A stretch of 64,000 bases of DNA, taken from positions 64,001 to 128,000 of the forward strand of contig CAWHWQ010000004.1 in assembly GCA_963833095.1 (NCBI GenBank), written 5' to 3'. Source of the stretch: Vulcanimicrobiota bacterium. Lineage in GTDB: Bacteria; Vulcanimicrobiota; Vulcanimicrobiia; Vulcanimicrobiales; Vulcanimicrobiaceae. Made by a program: the position numbers and the translations under genes. Under the pieces are notes generated by a model. The model saw only the letters and a list, made by a program, of their open reading frames with translations. It was not told where the DNA came from and searched no databases. Below, in pieces: positions 19,992-30,963 of this stretch. The stretch's first letter is position 1; each line of letters starts with the position of its first letter.

Positions 19992-20683
19992 ACTCCTGCC
20001 TCCGCAGCAACAAGTGTAAGGACCTCATCGAGCGAGTGGACCACGTGGGTCGGTGACGGGAGGTCCGCGGGGTAGCTCTTCCCTTCGTGGTCGAGCCAGA
20101 CCGCCTGGAACCCAGCTCCGAGCGCGCCGGCCACATCACTTCGCGGGTCGTCTCCGACATAGAAACAACGAGCCGGATCGGCCCGCAGTTCACGCGCCAG
20201 CGCCTCGAAAGCTACCGGATTTGGCTTTTGCACCCCGAGGTCGGCGCTGGCCAGCACTCTGCCGCCGAAGCCCGCCAGGCGCGCCTTGGTGACCTGGAGA
20301 GGATTCCAGCCGTTGCTGAGCACCGCGACGGGAACGCCGTCTCGCTCGAGCGCGGCGATCGTGGGTCTCGCGCGCGGATCGGGCACGATAAAGCTCTCCG
20401 CCATCGACAGCGCCACGTGTTTGAATCCTTCGACGTGCGCCTGCGTCGGTGTGACGCCGCGCTCGCTTACGAAGCGTCGCACGGCCTCTTCGATCGAGCC
20501 GCCGCCGCTGCGAGCAAAGACCAGCAGCGCATCGATGTGTTCGGTCTCCTGGGCCAAACTCCCGAGGCAAATCCCACCGTCGTCGATCACGCGACCGAGT
20601 AAGTGCAAGAAGGCCACGCGCTCGAGCTTATTATCGATGCACAATGTGTGATCGATGTCGAAGCCGACGGCGCATTCGGCCAT
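19988..20683 (-). CDS. HAD family hydrolase
   Basis: FDIDHTL, LSNG, KP, VGDDPRSDVAGA; ATG overlaps the upstream TAA. Confidence 0.85.
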   Translation of the reverse strand: MAECAVGFDIDHTLCIDNKLERVAFLHLLGRVIDDGGICLGSLAQETEHIDALLVFARSGGGSIEEAVRRFVSERGVTPTQAHVEGFKHVALSMAESFIVPDPRARPTIAALERDGVPVAVLSNGWNPLQVTKARLAGFGGRVLASADLGVQKPNPVAFEALARELRADPARCFYVGDDPRSDVAGALGAGFQAVWLDHEGKSYPADLPSPTHVVHSLDEVLTLVAAEAGV

Positions 20684-23340
20684 TACTTCGGGCCCGGACC
20701 GGTGACGATGCGCACGAAGGCGGTCGGGCGAATCCACTTCGCGAACGCCGCCTGCACTTGCGCCGCGGTCGCGTTGAGATAGTTCTGCGCGTCACGTTGA
20801 TACTCGTCGAGTGGAAGTCCTTGGGAAGAATAGCGTAAGAACATCGTGCTGACGCCGCTGTAGCTCGCCTGCTGAATCGGGACGTCGCCCAACAGCAGTG
20901 CCTTGGCCCGCAAAAGATCGGTCTGCGAGAGCGGCGAGGTTTGCAAGCGCTGGAGGTCCGCGACGACGGCGGCCTGCGCCGGCACGATGTTTTGCGGATC
21001 GCAAGCATAGTCACGTGGAAGCTCGAGCGCATTTTTCCGGTACGAAGGGCGCTCCGACCGAATACGCGTAGCCGTGCACTTCGCGCAAATCGTGATACAG
21101 CAGCGAGGAGTAGAAGCCGCCCGTGAGCACCGTGTTGGCAACCTGAAGCGGCGCCCAAGCCGGATCGGTGCGGCGCACGTCGTCGATTCGACGAGCTGCA
21201 CCGACGACTGCACGCGGCCGTTGGCCGGAACCAGAGCTTGCGGCGGCGGTTGGCCGGCGCGGCCGGCGGATAGACGTTCGGTTTCGGTCCGGTTGCCGTC
21301 CAACCGCCGAAGTATTTGCTACGACGGCTGGGCTGCTCGGGTGTCGTCGCCGGTGACGACGATCGTCGTCAGGTCTGGACGATACGCCGCGGCGTACCAG
21401 CCCTTGACTTGTCCAGCGTGACGCGCCCGCGGACTGCGGCGATGCAAAGCTGCGGTCGGATCGCCGGCGGGATAGAGCGCCTTGTTGAGCGCGACATCGG
21501 TCAGATGGTCGGGCGACGTCACTTCGCCGTGAGCGAGCCGACGGTTTGCTTCTGAACGATGGCAAACGCTTTCGGATCGAAGGCCGGATGCAGCTCCTCG
21601 TCGGCGAGCAATTGCATGCTGCGGTCGAAATCCCCCGAGAGCGCCTCGACGCCGAAATCGGTCCGGCGCTGGTGGTCGCCGCGATTTTATCGAGTTCGGC
21701 TTGAAACTGCGACGCGATCGTAGGTGGTCGTGCCGAACGGCAAGAGCTGCGTGCGATATCGGCGAGCCGCCCTCTTCCGCGGGCTCCTGAACTTGCGGGT
21801 TGTTGAGAATCTCGCCGCGTCACGACGACGGTCCGGTGATGTGTTCCGGCTGCACGATCAAGCGCAGTCCGTTCGGCAGCGTCGTGTCGGTCGGGCAGAG
21901 CGAGCTCGGCGGCACGGCGAGATGCGAGAGAATCGCTTGCGCGAACGCGGGCAGCGGTTCGTGCGTGTTGGGGGGAAGCCGTTGTCTTCTTTGCCCATCC
22001 GCTGCCGCCGGAGCTGGTCGCTCCGGAGTTCTTCGGCACCGCGTACGCCGCAACAACTTCGATTGTTGTCGAGGTACGTGCGCAGCACGCGGTTCACATC
22101 GGCAGTGGTCACCTTGGCGAACTGCGCTTTCATCGAATCGGGCGACGCGACGCCTTGCACGGCGACCGCCTGGCTCCACTGGAACGCCAACCCTTCGATC
22201 GAGTTGCCGTTGAATTCGAGTTGCGAGATTTCGCGCAGCTTCGATGCCGTCACCGAGATCGTCGGGTACGCCGCTCTTCGCGTACGCGGCGAAGTCGTCG
22301 CGCATGGCTCTTGTCGAGCGTCTCCGGCTTGCTGGTGACGGGAACGATCGCCGAAGACGATACCGACGCCGGCGTGCTGAAACGCTTGGACTTGGAACTG
22401 GCGAAGAGCGCTTTCCCTTCGTACGGCATCGAGCCGAACGTGCTGCGCGAGTTGTTGAGCACGTCGGCGAGGATTTGTCCGGCCGCATAGTCCGGGCTGT
22501 CGTAGCCGGGCATGCGATAGCCGAGAAGCACGACGGTGAACGGCTGGTCCGACGTGTCGTGATAGGTCGCTCGCGGTGACGGGCTTCAACTTCACCGGCG
22601 GGCGAACCGGAAGTTTTGCGGCGGGAAGATCGCCGAACAGCGCCTTGACCTTGGCGATCGGTCGACGGGCCGTCGACGTCGCCGACGATCACGTAGGTCG
22701 CGTTGTTGGGGTGATACCAGGTGCTGTAGAAGTTCAGCAGGTTCTTGCTGTTCACGTCGTGGGCGAAGCCGCTAACCGTCCCAAGGCCGTTCTTCGCGTA
22801 CGGCGTTCCCGCGACCAAACGGATCCGACATCTTCTCGTAGAGGCGGTAGATTGCGTTGCTGTTATCCTGCGTCACTTCTTGCGTGATCGCGCCGCGCTC
22901 CTGATTCCACTAGCGACTGCGACATCAGCAGGCCGGCCGCGCGCGAGCGTTCGAGTTTGAGCGCGACGTCGAGATACTGCGAGGGCAGCGTGAAGAAATA
23001 TTGCGTTACCGCGTCTTGCGTGTCCGCGTCGAAATCGCCGCCGGTGAGACTAAGCGTATCCATGAACTGCGCGGACGAGACGGTCTTGCTGCCGCGGAAC
23101 ATCATGTGCTCGGTCGCATGCGCGAGTCCCGTCGACAGTCTGGTCGTCCGAACCGGACCGATAGTTCAGCATCGTGGTCACGACCGGCGCGAGCGGGTTG
23201 TGGACGACGATGATCTGAGGCCGTTGGGAAGCGTGGCGCGGGTCACGTCGACTCCGGCGGCCGCGGAACTGCCGGGGCAGAACAAAGACGGCTGGGGCCA
23301 CCGCAATCGCGGCAGCGAAACGATTCGCACAATAACGCAT
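20683..23340 (-). CDS. Secreted M16 (pitrilysin-family) zinc peptidase; many frameshifts
   Basis: TLPNGL twice, HxxEH-type segment before [24 protein letters not shown]. Confidence 0.8.
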
Positions 23341-23374
23341 CCGCCGCCGTATTCGCGGCGGAGCCCCGCTTCCC

Positions 23375-25430
23375 TCACGAGGAGAGCAACGAGCGCCTGC
23401 GTGCTCGGGCGGCGCTCCAAAAGCGCCCGCAGCCCTGCGTGCTCGGGTCGCGCACGTGCGGGTCGGCGGCGACGATCTTCTCGGCGGCCGGCCTTGGCCG
23501 CAAGGTAGATTTCGAAGTCGCGCACCAGGTCGGCGACGTCCAAGTCGGCCTGCGCCCGCCTGCAGCGTGCCCGGAAAACTGGCCGGCGCCGCGAATTCGC
23601 AGATCCGCTTCGGCGATCTTGAAGCCGTCGGTCGACTTGGTGAGGATGCTGAGCCGCTCGGTCTCGCCCGCATCATCGGGATAGACCAGATGCAGTACGA
23701 CTTCGCGGCGCCGCGGCCGACGCGGCCGCGCAGCTGGTGGAGCTGCGCGAGACCGTAGCGCTGCGCATCCAGGACGACCATCACGCTGGCATTGGCGACG
23801 TCGACGCCAACCTCGACGACCGTGGTCGAAACCAGCACATCGATCTCACCGCGGGCAAACCGGCCCATCACCTCATCTTTCTCCCGGCGGGTGAGCCGCC
23901 CGTGCAGCAGCCCGAACGGCGCAAGTCGGGGAAGACGTCGTTTTTCAAGCGCTCCGCTTCGGCCACGACGCTGGTGAGATCGCTCTCGCCTTCCTCGATC
24001 GCGGGTGCGACGACGTAGGCTTGTGCGCCGCGCTCGACGATCTTGCGAACGAACTCGTACGCCCGCTCCAAACGGCTAGGTGCGCATCGCGAACGTTTCG
24101 ATCGGCGTGCGGCCCGGCGGCAGCTCGTCGATGATCGAAACGTCGAGATCGGCGTACTTCGATTGCGCGAGCGTGCGCGGAATCGGCGTCGCCGTCATGT
24201 GCAGCGTGTGCGGCGCGACGCCCTTGGCGCGCAGCCGCGCGCGCTGCTCGACGCCGAAGCGATGCTGCTCGTCGATGACCACCAGTCCGAGGCGTTTGAA
24301 ATCCACGCCTTCGGTGAGCAGCGCGTGCGTGCCGACCGCGACCCAGCGCTTCGCCGCCCGCGATCTTGCCGCGCGCCGCGTTGCGCGCCGCGCGGCCTTG
24401 GCTGCCGAAGACCGCTTCGAGCGTAACGCCGAACGGCAGCAGCAGCGGGGCGAGTTTGCTCGCGTGCTGCGACGCGAGAATCTCGGTCGGCGCCATCAGC
24501 GCCGACTGCACGCCGTTGCGTGCCGCAAGGACGATCGCGGCGGCCGCGACCAGCGTCTTTCCGCTGCCGACATCGCCCTGCAGCAGGCGATTCATCGGGA
24601 TGTCGCGCGCCATATCGTGCCAGATCTCGCCGATTGCGCGGCGCTGCGCGCCGGTGAGCGCGAACGGAGCGAGTGCTTCGAATTCTTCGAGAGACCGTGC
24701 GGAATGCGCAGCGCGCGCGCCGCGTTCGACGCTCGCGCTCGGCCCGGCGCAGCTGCGCCGACGCCGCGAGCGCCAAGAACTCGCCGAAGATAAAGCGTTC
24801 GCGCGCGCGCTCCGCATCTTCGGGCGTCTGCGGCTCGTGCACGGCACGGTACGCTTCGTCGGACGATTTGTAGTACGCGGCTTCGCAGCGGGCTTCGGCG
24901 GGAAGCGGATCGTCGCCGGCCAGCATCGAGCAGGCGCGCAAGGTTCTTGCGCACGACCTTGGCAATTTTGCGCGTCGCCAGATCCTTGCTGGCGCGGTAG
25001 ACCGGTTCGAGTTCGCCGCGATACGATTTCCCCGTCGCGAAGTATCGCATACTGTCCGACATTGATGACGGCGCCGGCGAGCGTGCGCTCCACGCGGCCG
25101 CGCACGAAAAGGCGCATGCCGTCTTTGAATCGCCCGTACACGTACCGGTTGCGGCCGATCCATTTCGCGGTGAAATCGCGCCTTCGTCGTCGCGCAAACG
25201 CGCTTCGACGATCTCGAGGCCGCGAACGCGGCGCTCCTTGACCGCCGTCACGTGCCGACGGCATTCTCCTCACCACCGGCTCGTCCCGAGGCGTTCGACG
25301 GCGTCGGCAAACGCAAATCCTCGTAACGGAAGGGCAAATAGTCGAGTAAGTCGCGTGAGGTCTCGATCCCGAGCTCGCGAAAGAGCGGCGCGCTCTTCGG
25401 GCCGACGCCGGCGAGTTCGCCGATCTTCAC
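23375..25430 (-). CDS. recG: ATP-dependent DNA helicase RecG; frameshifted
   Basis: [52 protein letters not shown]. Confidence 0.93.
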
Positions 25431-26377
25431 GAAAACGCGTTCGTTCGTTCGCGCAGCTCGTCGTAGACCGCGCGCAAATGGGGAACCGGCACACCCAAAT
25501 CTTCGCCCAGCTCGACTACCGCGCCGACGATCGGATCCAGTTCGAGCGGGCGACGCGCTTGCAAATCCTGCAACATCGAGGTCCGCACGTCGGTGAGACG
25601 CTGCGCGTACGTCATGCGCGCGTCCAGGTCGACGTCCTCCACCACCCCGAGCTTGCGCCCGACCGCGACGGTCTCGAGCATCAGCTGCCGTACTTCTTCG
25701 CGCGTGACCGGATTGGCGAGCATTTGATGGATCGTGAGCTCGTGAATCGTGCTTACCGGATTGAGACCCGCATTGTTGATGAGCTTGAGCCAGGTGAAGT
25801 GGCGAATGTTCGGCTCGACTTCGGGCTGCAGTCCCGCGTCGCGCATCGCGGTCGTTAATCGCGCCAAAGGCTCGTCGACCGTAGGATCCATGGCACCCAG
25901 AATGAAACGGCCGCCGCCGCTTTGACGGATCTTGCCGGGCTCGGCGATGTTTCCGGACACGTGCACCACGCCGCCGATCGTTTGCTTATCCGGGATCAGT
26001 GCGCCGATAGAACCGCTTGGATCGACGGTCTGCAGCGGCGGCGTGCGGCGAAACCAAAATGGCACGCCGTTTTGCAGCGTGACGATCGTGGTGCCGGCCT
26101 CCACGGCGGCCGCGACTTGCGGAAGGAACCCCGGCCATTGGTGTGCCTTGAACGTAAGGAGCGCAAAATCAAATGTCTCAAGCGAACGAAGATCGTCGCT
26201 CACTTCGACGCGTGCGGCGAACTCCCCGAGATCGCTCGAGAGTACGGTGATGCCATCCCGGCGGATCGCTTCGAGATGGGCGCCGCGCGCGATGGCGCCG
26301 ACAGCCACCCCGGCGCGCGCCAGCGCGGCGGCGATGTACCCGCCGATGGCGCCCGCACCTACGATAACTATGCGCAT
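25427..26377 (-). CDS. panE: 2-dehydropantoate 2-reductase family protein
   Basis: GAGAIGG, LQNG, WLKL..N, TSMLQD..RRPLE. Confidence 0.85.
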   Translation of the reverse strand: MRIVIVGAGAIGGYIAAALARAGVAVGAIARGAHLEAIRRDGITVLSSDLGEFAARVEVSDDLRSLETFDFALLTFKAHQWPGFLPQVAAAVEAGTTIVTLQNGVPFWFRRTPPLQTVDPSGSIGALIPDKQTIGGVVHVSGNIAEPGKIRQSGGGRFILGAMDPTVDEPLARLTTAMRDAGLQPEVEPNIRHFTWLKLINNAGLNPVSTIHELTIHQMLANPVTREEVRQLMLETVAVGRKLGVVEDVDLDARMTYAQRLTDVRTSMLQDLQARRPLELDPIVGAVVELGEDLGVPVPHLRAVYDELRERTNAFS

Positions 26378-26390
26378 TTGGAAGACATTC

Positions 26391-26462
26391 AGGCGACGGG
26401 CAGATTCGAACTGCCGAATGGGGCTTTTGCAGAGCCCTGCCTTACCACTTGGCTACGTCGCC
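26391..26462 (-). tRNA. tRNA-Cys(GCA), CCA not encoded
   Basis: GGCGACGTAGCCAAGTGGTAAGGC..CTGCAAA..GTTCGAATC cloverleaf. Confidence 0.95.
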
Positions 26463-26499
26463 GCATTCGATGAAACAAACGATTCGGGGCCGCGGTTGC

Positions 26500-26573
26500 T
26501 GGAGCGGGTAGTGGGAATCGAACCCACGCATCAACCTTGGGAAGGTCGCAGGCTACCATTACATCATACCCGC
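26500..26573 (-). tRNA. tRNA-Gly(CCC)
   Basis: GCGGGTATGATGTAATGGTAGC..TTCCCAA..GGTTCGATTCCC..TCCA. Confidence 0.95.
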
Positions 26574-26635
26574 GAACCACAGCAGCCGCCGATTCGGTGC
26601 AGGCCGCGACGCGTCCTGGCGGAAGTGGTGCTCCA

Positions 26636-27490
26636 ATGACGTGGGTGTACGAGATCCCTGCCTGGCTGGTGTGCATTCTCTTCATTGGCGGGATGAGCGC
26701 GCTCGCCGCGGCGGGCCTGCTGCTTGCGCGAGGCCGGCACACGGGCAAGTTTCGCGCCGGCGCCAATGACTTCGCCGGCCCGATCATGGCAACGCTCGGC
26801 ACGATTCTGGCCGTCATGCTCTCGTTCATGGTCGTGACCGTATGGCAAGAGTACGACCAATCGGCGCTGATCGTACAAACCGAAGCCGACGAGATCTCCA
26901 ATCTGTATCATGAGGCCTCGGTCTTTCCGCAGCCCTTGCGGAACCAACTCCATGCCGCCATCGAGAACTACGTGGACGTCGTCATCGATCGCGAGTGGCC
27001 ATTGATGCGCTCAGGTAAATCGAGCGCGATGGCGCATCGCGCCGCGGCCAACGTCGTCACGCTGATCGAATCGTTTAACCCAGTAACCTTGGGGCAGCAA
27101 ACGGCGCAAGCCGATGCGCTGCATCATGCGCATGCGTTCATGGACGCGCGGGGCAACCGCCTCTATCAAAATCAAGAGTCGGTACCGGCGCTGGTGTGGG
27201 TGATGCTGATCTTCATTGCCATCGTGACGCTCGGGTCCTCGTATTTTTTCTTCGTCGAGGACGCCCGCGCCCATATTCTGATGACCGCCGCCGTCGGCGC
27301 GGTTATCGGAGCGATCTTCGTCGTCATTGCCGAACTGGATCTCCCGTTTCGCGGCGATCTTCAAATTCCGCCGAGCGCGTTCACGCACGACTATACCACT
27401 TTCCTCGACGATCCCGTTCCGACGCCGACCCCGAAGGCATCCGCTAGCTCAGAATATTCACCGAGCGCGCCAAAACCAGCGCGACGGTAA
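26636..27490 (+). CDS. DUF4239-like membrane protein
   Basis: Several TM segments, LSFMVVTVW, EWPLM, LDLPFRG. Confidence 0.75.
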   Translation: MTWVYEIPAWLVCILFIGGMSALAAAGLLLARGRHTGKFRAGANDFAGPIMATLGTILAVMLSFMVVTVWQEYDQSALIVQTEADEISNLYHEASVFPQPLRNQLHAAIENYVDVVIDREWPLMRSGKSSAMAHRAAANVVTLIESFNPVTLGQQTAQADALHHAHAFMDARGNRLYQNQESVPALVWVMLIFIAIVTLGSSYFFFVEDARAHILMTAAVGAVIGAIFVVIAELDLPFRGDLQIPPSAFTHDYTTFLDDPVPTPTPKASASSEYSPSAPKPARR

Positions 27491-28151
27491 CAAACGAAAT
27501 TAGTGACTCGCCTAGCATCAGCATCTTGGCTGTTCGCGTGATCGGCATGACGTCGGTCGGGCTGAAGGCCAACGCGTTGGTGAACGAAAGATAGAGATAG
27601 TCGAGAAACATCGGCTTCCAATTGTTCGGAATGCCTTTGATCCGCGTGCGATCCATCGACATCTGCGGGAACAGAAAATCGATCGAGGGGGTATCGCATG
27701 CTGAGGGAAACCGGTCGCGGTCGAACGGGCCGTCGCCGTCGAGCTCCCAGAACCACAGCGCAAAGATAATCACGTTGGTGATCCAAATCGCTCCGCCGGA
27801 CGAAAGTAGCTCTTGCGCGGTGAGGTTGGTGTGACCGGCCGCGTGTACGTTGAGGAGATCGTTGATCAGCAGCAAGACCGATGCGACGTTGAAAATATTG
27901 AGCGTGGCGACCAAGCCAATCGTAAGGGCGCGCATCACGTGTAGGTCTCGCGTCCGAGTCGGTATCATGGCGACGAGCGGTATTAAGAAGACGGCGACGA
28001 TGACCAGCACGACCCAAACCGGGCCGAGCACCAACTTGGGCGGCAAAATGAGGTTGAGCGCAACCGCAACGAGCACCGCAACCCGAGCCTGATATCGATC
28101 CTTCACGCGGCGTCGGTTCGAGCGCGCCCGGCAACCGCCTTCGGTCCTCAC
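27444..28151 (-). CDS. DUF1345-like membrane protein
   Basis: FALWFWELD, DFLFPQ, DYLYLSFTNALAFSPTD. Confidence 0.75.
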   Translation of the reverse strand: MRTEGGCRARSNRRRVKDRYQARVAVLVAVALNLILPPKLVLGPVWVVLVIVAVFLIPLVAMIPTRTRDLHVMRALTIGLVATLNIFNVASVLLLINDLLNVHAAGHTNLTAQELLSSGGAIWITNVIIFALWFWELDGDGPFDRDRFPSACDTPSIDFLFPQMSMDRTRIKGIPNNWKPMFLDYLYLSFTNALAFSPTDVMPITRTAKMLMLGESLISFVTVALVLARSVNILS

Positions 28152-28165
28152 GCGTTCTAGGAAAT

Positions 28166-28519
28166 ATGGCTACTGATTTTCGAGACGGCAAGACCTTTCC
28201 ACGGCGCGGCCGCGATGCAATCGACGGCGTCCTGTGGCTCAAACGGGTCTCGGACAAGGCGCGTGCCGCTGCCGCCGGCACGATCTTCGACTACATCTAC
28301 CCCTGCCCCATGGATAAGGGCGTCATGGAACGCTGGGGCATCACGCCCGGCGAATTCGACGCTGCGATTTCGAAGCACGCAACCGATGCGGAGCTACTCG
28401 CGTGGCTGCGCAAGCGCGTTTCCCAAGACCGCGTCGAACGTGCAAACGAGTGGCTGCTGAACGAGAAAATTGAGAATCTCGATCGGCAAGATTCCGAGGA
28501 AGGAGTCGCAGTTGGCTGA
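28166..28519 (+). CDS. DUF5069-like protein
   Basis: PRRG..WLKR..DKARA..DYIYPCPMD. Confidence 0.7.
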   Translation: MATDFRDGKTFPRRGRDAIDGVLWLKRVSDKARAAAAGTIFDYIYPCPMDKGVMERWGITPGEFDAAISKHATDAELLAWLRKRVSQDRVERANEWLLNEKIENLDRQDSEEGVAVG

Positions 28520-29201
28520 GATGATCGAGTTTCCGCGTCCGGACGGGAAGACCGCTCCTGGATATTACACGGCACCGCCCGGCGCGGCGAATGCGCCGGG
28601 AGTCGTGATGCTTGAAGAGTGGTGGGGCGTCACCGATCATATCAAACACACTGCCGACGAATTAGCGGCAGCCGGCTTTCGCGTGTTGATTCCGGACCTT
28701 TATCGCGGCCGCGTGGCCGCGGTCGGCGACGAAGCCAACCACCTCATGGAAGGTCTGGACTTTGGTGATGCGGCTACGCAAGACGCACGGGGCGCCGCGC
28801 AATATCTCAAATCGACCGGATCGAAAAAAGTCGGCGTCATCGGCTTTTGCATGGGCGGCGCGCTCGCCTTGCTAGGCGCGATGCACGATCCCGAGTTCGA
28901 CGCGGTAGTGACGTTCTATGGCTACCCTCCGCGCGAAGGTGGCGATGTCGGCACGATCAAGATCCCGGTGCAAGGGCACTGGGCGACGCGCGACGCGTTC
29001 TTTTCCATCGCCGGAGTCGATGCCATGGAAGCTCGGCTCAAAGAAGCAGGCGTGCCGTACGAATTCCATCGCTACGACGCGGAGCACGCGTTCCACAATC
29101 CCAACGAGCCCGGTCACGCCGGTCTCGGACACTACGATGCGGACCTCGCTAAGCTAGCCTGGGGGCGCGCTGTCGAATTCCTCAAATCGAAGCTCGCGTA
29201 G
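28512..29201 (+). CDS. Dienelactone hydrolase family protein
   Basis: EWWG, PDLY, GFCMGG, HAF; SD before the TTG at 28512. Confidence 0.92.
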   Translation: MAEMIEFPRPDGKTAPGYYTAPPGAANAPGVVMLEEWWGVTDHIKHTADELAAAGFRVLIPDLYRGRVAAVGDEANHLMEGLDFGDAATQDARGAAQYLKSTGSKKVGVIGFCMGGALALLGAMHDPEFDAVVTFYGYPPREGGDVGTIKIPVQGHWATRDAFFSIAGVDAMEARLKEAGVPYEFHRYDAEHAFHNPNEPGHAGLGHYDADLAKLAWGRAVEFLKSKLA

Positions 29202-30020
29202 CTACTTACTGAACAAAGTTCCGGCATTAATGGGCGCGCTGCGAAGCGCGCCCTGTTCAAGTCCCCACTTCTTCAGTAGTGCATCGTAGGTGCCGTCGGA
29301 AATCACTGCGTGAAGCGCGCTGACGATACGGGCGCGCAGGGCCGTGTTGCCCTTAGGCACGGCGATGCCGTAGGGCACGAGATCGAATTGGCGCCCAGCG
29401 ACCTCATATCGGTGATCGTTGGTTTTTGCAAGATAGGCAACCACGGGAAAATCGGTCACGTGCACGTCAGACTTGCCATCTTGAAACGCCGTGAACGCTT
29501 GGTCGTCGGTTGCGAACTCGATCAGCTTGATCGGCGCGAGACCGACGCTCGAGCAATGCTTCGAGGTTTCGTTCAGTTCGGTCTCTTGCGATGTGCCCCG
29601 CTGCACATCGACGCGCAATCCGCATAAGCCGCTCACGTCGAAGATGTGCTTCGGATTCCCCGCCGGCACGAGCATGCCGCTCCCCGCAAGCAGATAGTCC
29701 ACGAAATCGACTTGCGCTTCGCGCGCTCGCGTGTCCGAAATCGCCGAGATACCGACGTCGAAGGTGCCCATGCGCACCGCGTGGAGCAAACCGTCGAACG
29801 TGTAGTTGCTCATCACGACCGGCTCGCCAAGTTGTTTGGCGAGCGCCTGCGCCAGATCCACATCGAAGCCTTGCATGCGATGGCCCGGGCCATAGAACTC
29901 GAGCGGAGCATAAGAGACGTCGGAGCCGACTTTGAGCTCGCTGGAAGCTAGTGCGGTGGTGACGCTCAGACAAAACAGCGCCGCCACTATGGCGACGATC
30001 GTGCGTGAGAAACGTGTCAT
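29202..30020 (-). CDS. Polar amino-acid ABC transporter substrate-binding protein (orphan)
   Basis: Signal peptide, YAPLEF, GFDVDLA, GTSQE, DGTYDALLKKW. Confidence 0.88.
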   Translation of the reverse strand: MTRFSRTIVAIVAALFCLSVTTALASSELKVGSDVSYAPLEFYGPGHRMQGFDVDLAQALAKQLGEPVVMSNYTFDGLLHAVRMGTFDVGISAISDTRAREAQVDFVDYLLAGSGMLVPAGNPKHIFDVSGLCGLRVDVQRGTSQETELNETSKHCSSVGLAPIKLIEFATDDQAFTAFQDGKSDVHVTDFPVVAYLAKTNDHRYEVAGRQFDLVPYGIAVPKGNTALRARIVSALHAVISDGTYDALLKKWGLEQGALRSAPINAGTLFSK

Positions 30021-30040
30021 GCACGGGTTATCGGCAAGAC

Positions 30041-30069
30041 AAAGACCCGGCACATCTGCCGGGTCTTTT
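30041..30069. terminator. Intrinsic terminator after tRNA-Phe (potentially bidirectional)
   Basis: AAAGACCCGGCA-CATC-TGCCGGGTCTTT perfect hairpin with A/T flanks. Confidence 0.8.
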
Positions 30070-30075
30070 CCAGAA

Positions 30076-30151
30076 TGGTGCCAAGGGCCGGAATCGAACC
30101 GGCGACACCGCACTTTTCAGGCGCGTGCTCTACCGACTGAGCTACCTTGGC
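30076..30151 (-). tRNA. tRNA-Phe(GAA)
   Basis: GCCAAGGTAGCTCAGTCGGTAGAGC..CTGAAAA..GGTTCGATTCC..ACCA. Confidence 0.96.
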
Positions 30152-30220
30152 ATATTGCCATCGCCACTCCGTGACGACCGCCATCCTGGCTTGGCAACAG
30201 CATCCGCTTCCTGCGGATGC
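30152..30220 (-). other. Structured tRNA leader with three GGA-loop hairpins (copy 1)
   Basis: GCATCCGC-AGGAA-GCGGATGC, GCC-AGGAT-GGC, TCGTCAC-GGA-GTGGCGA; homologous to 31711-31777. Confidence 0.65.
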
Positions 30221-30257
30221 ATAGGGCGCTCTCGCTTGCGCGGAGCGCCCCTCGAAG

Positions 30258-30334
30258 TGGCGACGCTGATGGGGCTCGAACCCACGACCTCCGCCGTGAC
30301 AGGGCGGCGCTCTAACCAACTGAGCTACAGCGCC
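30258..30334 (-). tRNA. tRNA-Asp(GTC)
   Basis: GGCGCTGTAGCTCAGTTGGTTAGAGC..CTGTCAC..GGTTCGAGCCC..GCCA. Confidence 0.96.
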
Positions 30335-30360
30335 ATGCCGGCGCTCCGAAGTTTAAAAAA

Positions 30361-30432
30361 TGGGCACGATAGGGCTCGAACCTATGACCCTCCGCGTGTG
30401 AAGCGGATGCTCTCCCACTGAGCTACGCGCCC
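30361..30432 (-). tRNA. tRNA-Val(CAC), CCA not encoded
   Basis: GGGCGCGTAGCTCAGTGGGAGAGC..TTCACAC..GGTTCGAGCCC. Confidence 0.95.
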
Positions 30433-30531
30433 ATGACCGGCCCGCGACCGGCTCGCATGCATTGGACAAGCCGAGAGTTTATCCTACCCGGGGGCATGTT
30501 GTCTAGCCACCTCGGTCGAAACGGCCAGCCC

Positions 30532-30963
30532 ATGCTCGAAGGCTTTCCTCTCGTGACGCGTTTCACGATCCCGTTTTCCGACATCGACATGCTGCAGCAC
30601 GTCAACAATCTGGCGTACATTCGCTGGTGCGAAACGGTGCGCACCGAGTACTTTGCGACGGTCATGCGCTCGGATATCACCAGCGAACGCGGCATGATCC
30701 AAGCGAACATCAACTTCACCTACGAACGCCAACTCAAATTTCGCGAATCCATCGCGGTGGGCGTGCGGGTCTCGCGTCTTGGAACGAAATCACTCGATTT
30801 CAGCTATGAGATCTGGAGCGAAACGCAGGGCCATCGTGCGGCTCACGGCATCACCACCGTGGTTGCGTACGATTTCGTCAACCACCGCACGATCGAAATC
30901 CCGCAGGAGTGGCGCGAATGGATCGATGAGGCCGAGCGGGGCCCGCAACGCTCGTTCGTCTAG
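30532..30963 (+). CDS. Acyl-CoA thioesterase (4HBT/YbgC family)
   Basis: DIDMLQHVNN, SRLGTKSLDF. Confidence 0.9.
   Translation: MLEGFPLVTRFTIPFSDIDMLQHVNNLAYIRWCETVRTEYFATVMRSDITSERGMIQANINFTYERQLKFRESIAVGVRVSRLGTKSLDFSYEIWSETQGHRAAHGITTVVAYDFVNHRTIEIPQEWREWIDEAERGPQRSFV

Noticed and set aside
20683..25430. Pseudogenisation of recG and the M16 peptidase
   Set aside because: Motifs are intact, and the scattered 1-nt indels are typical of sequencing error.
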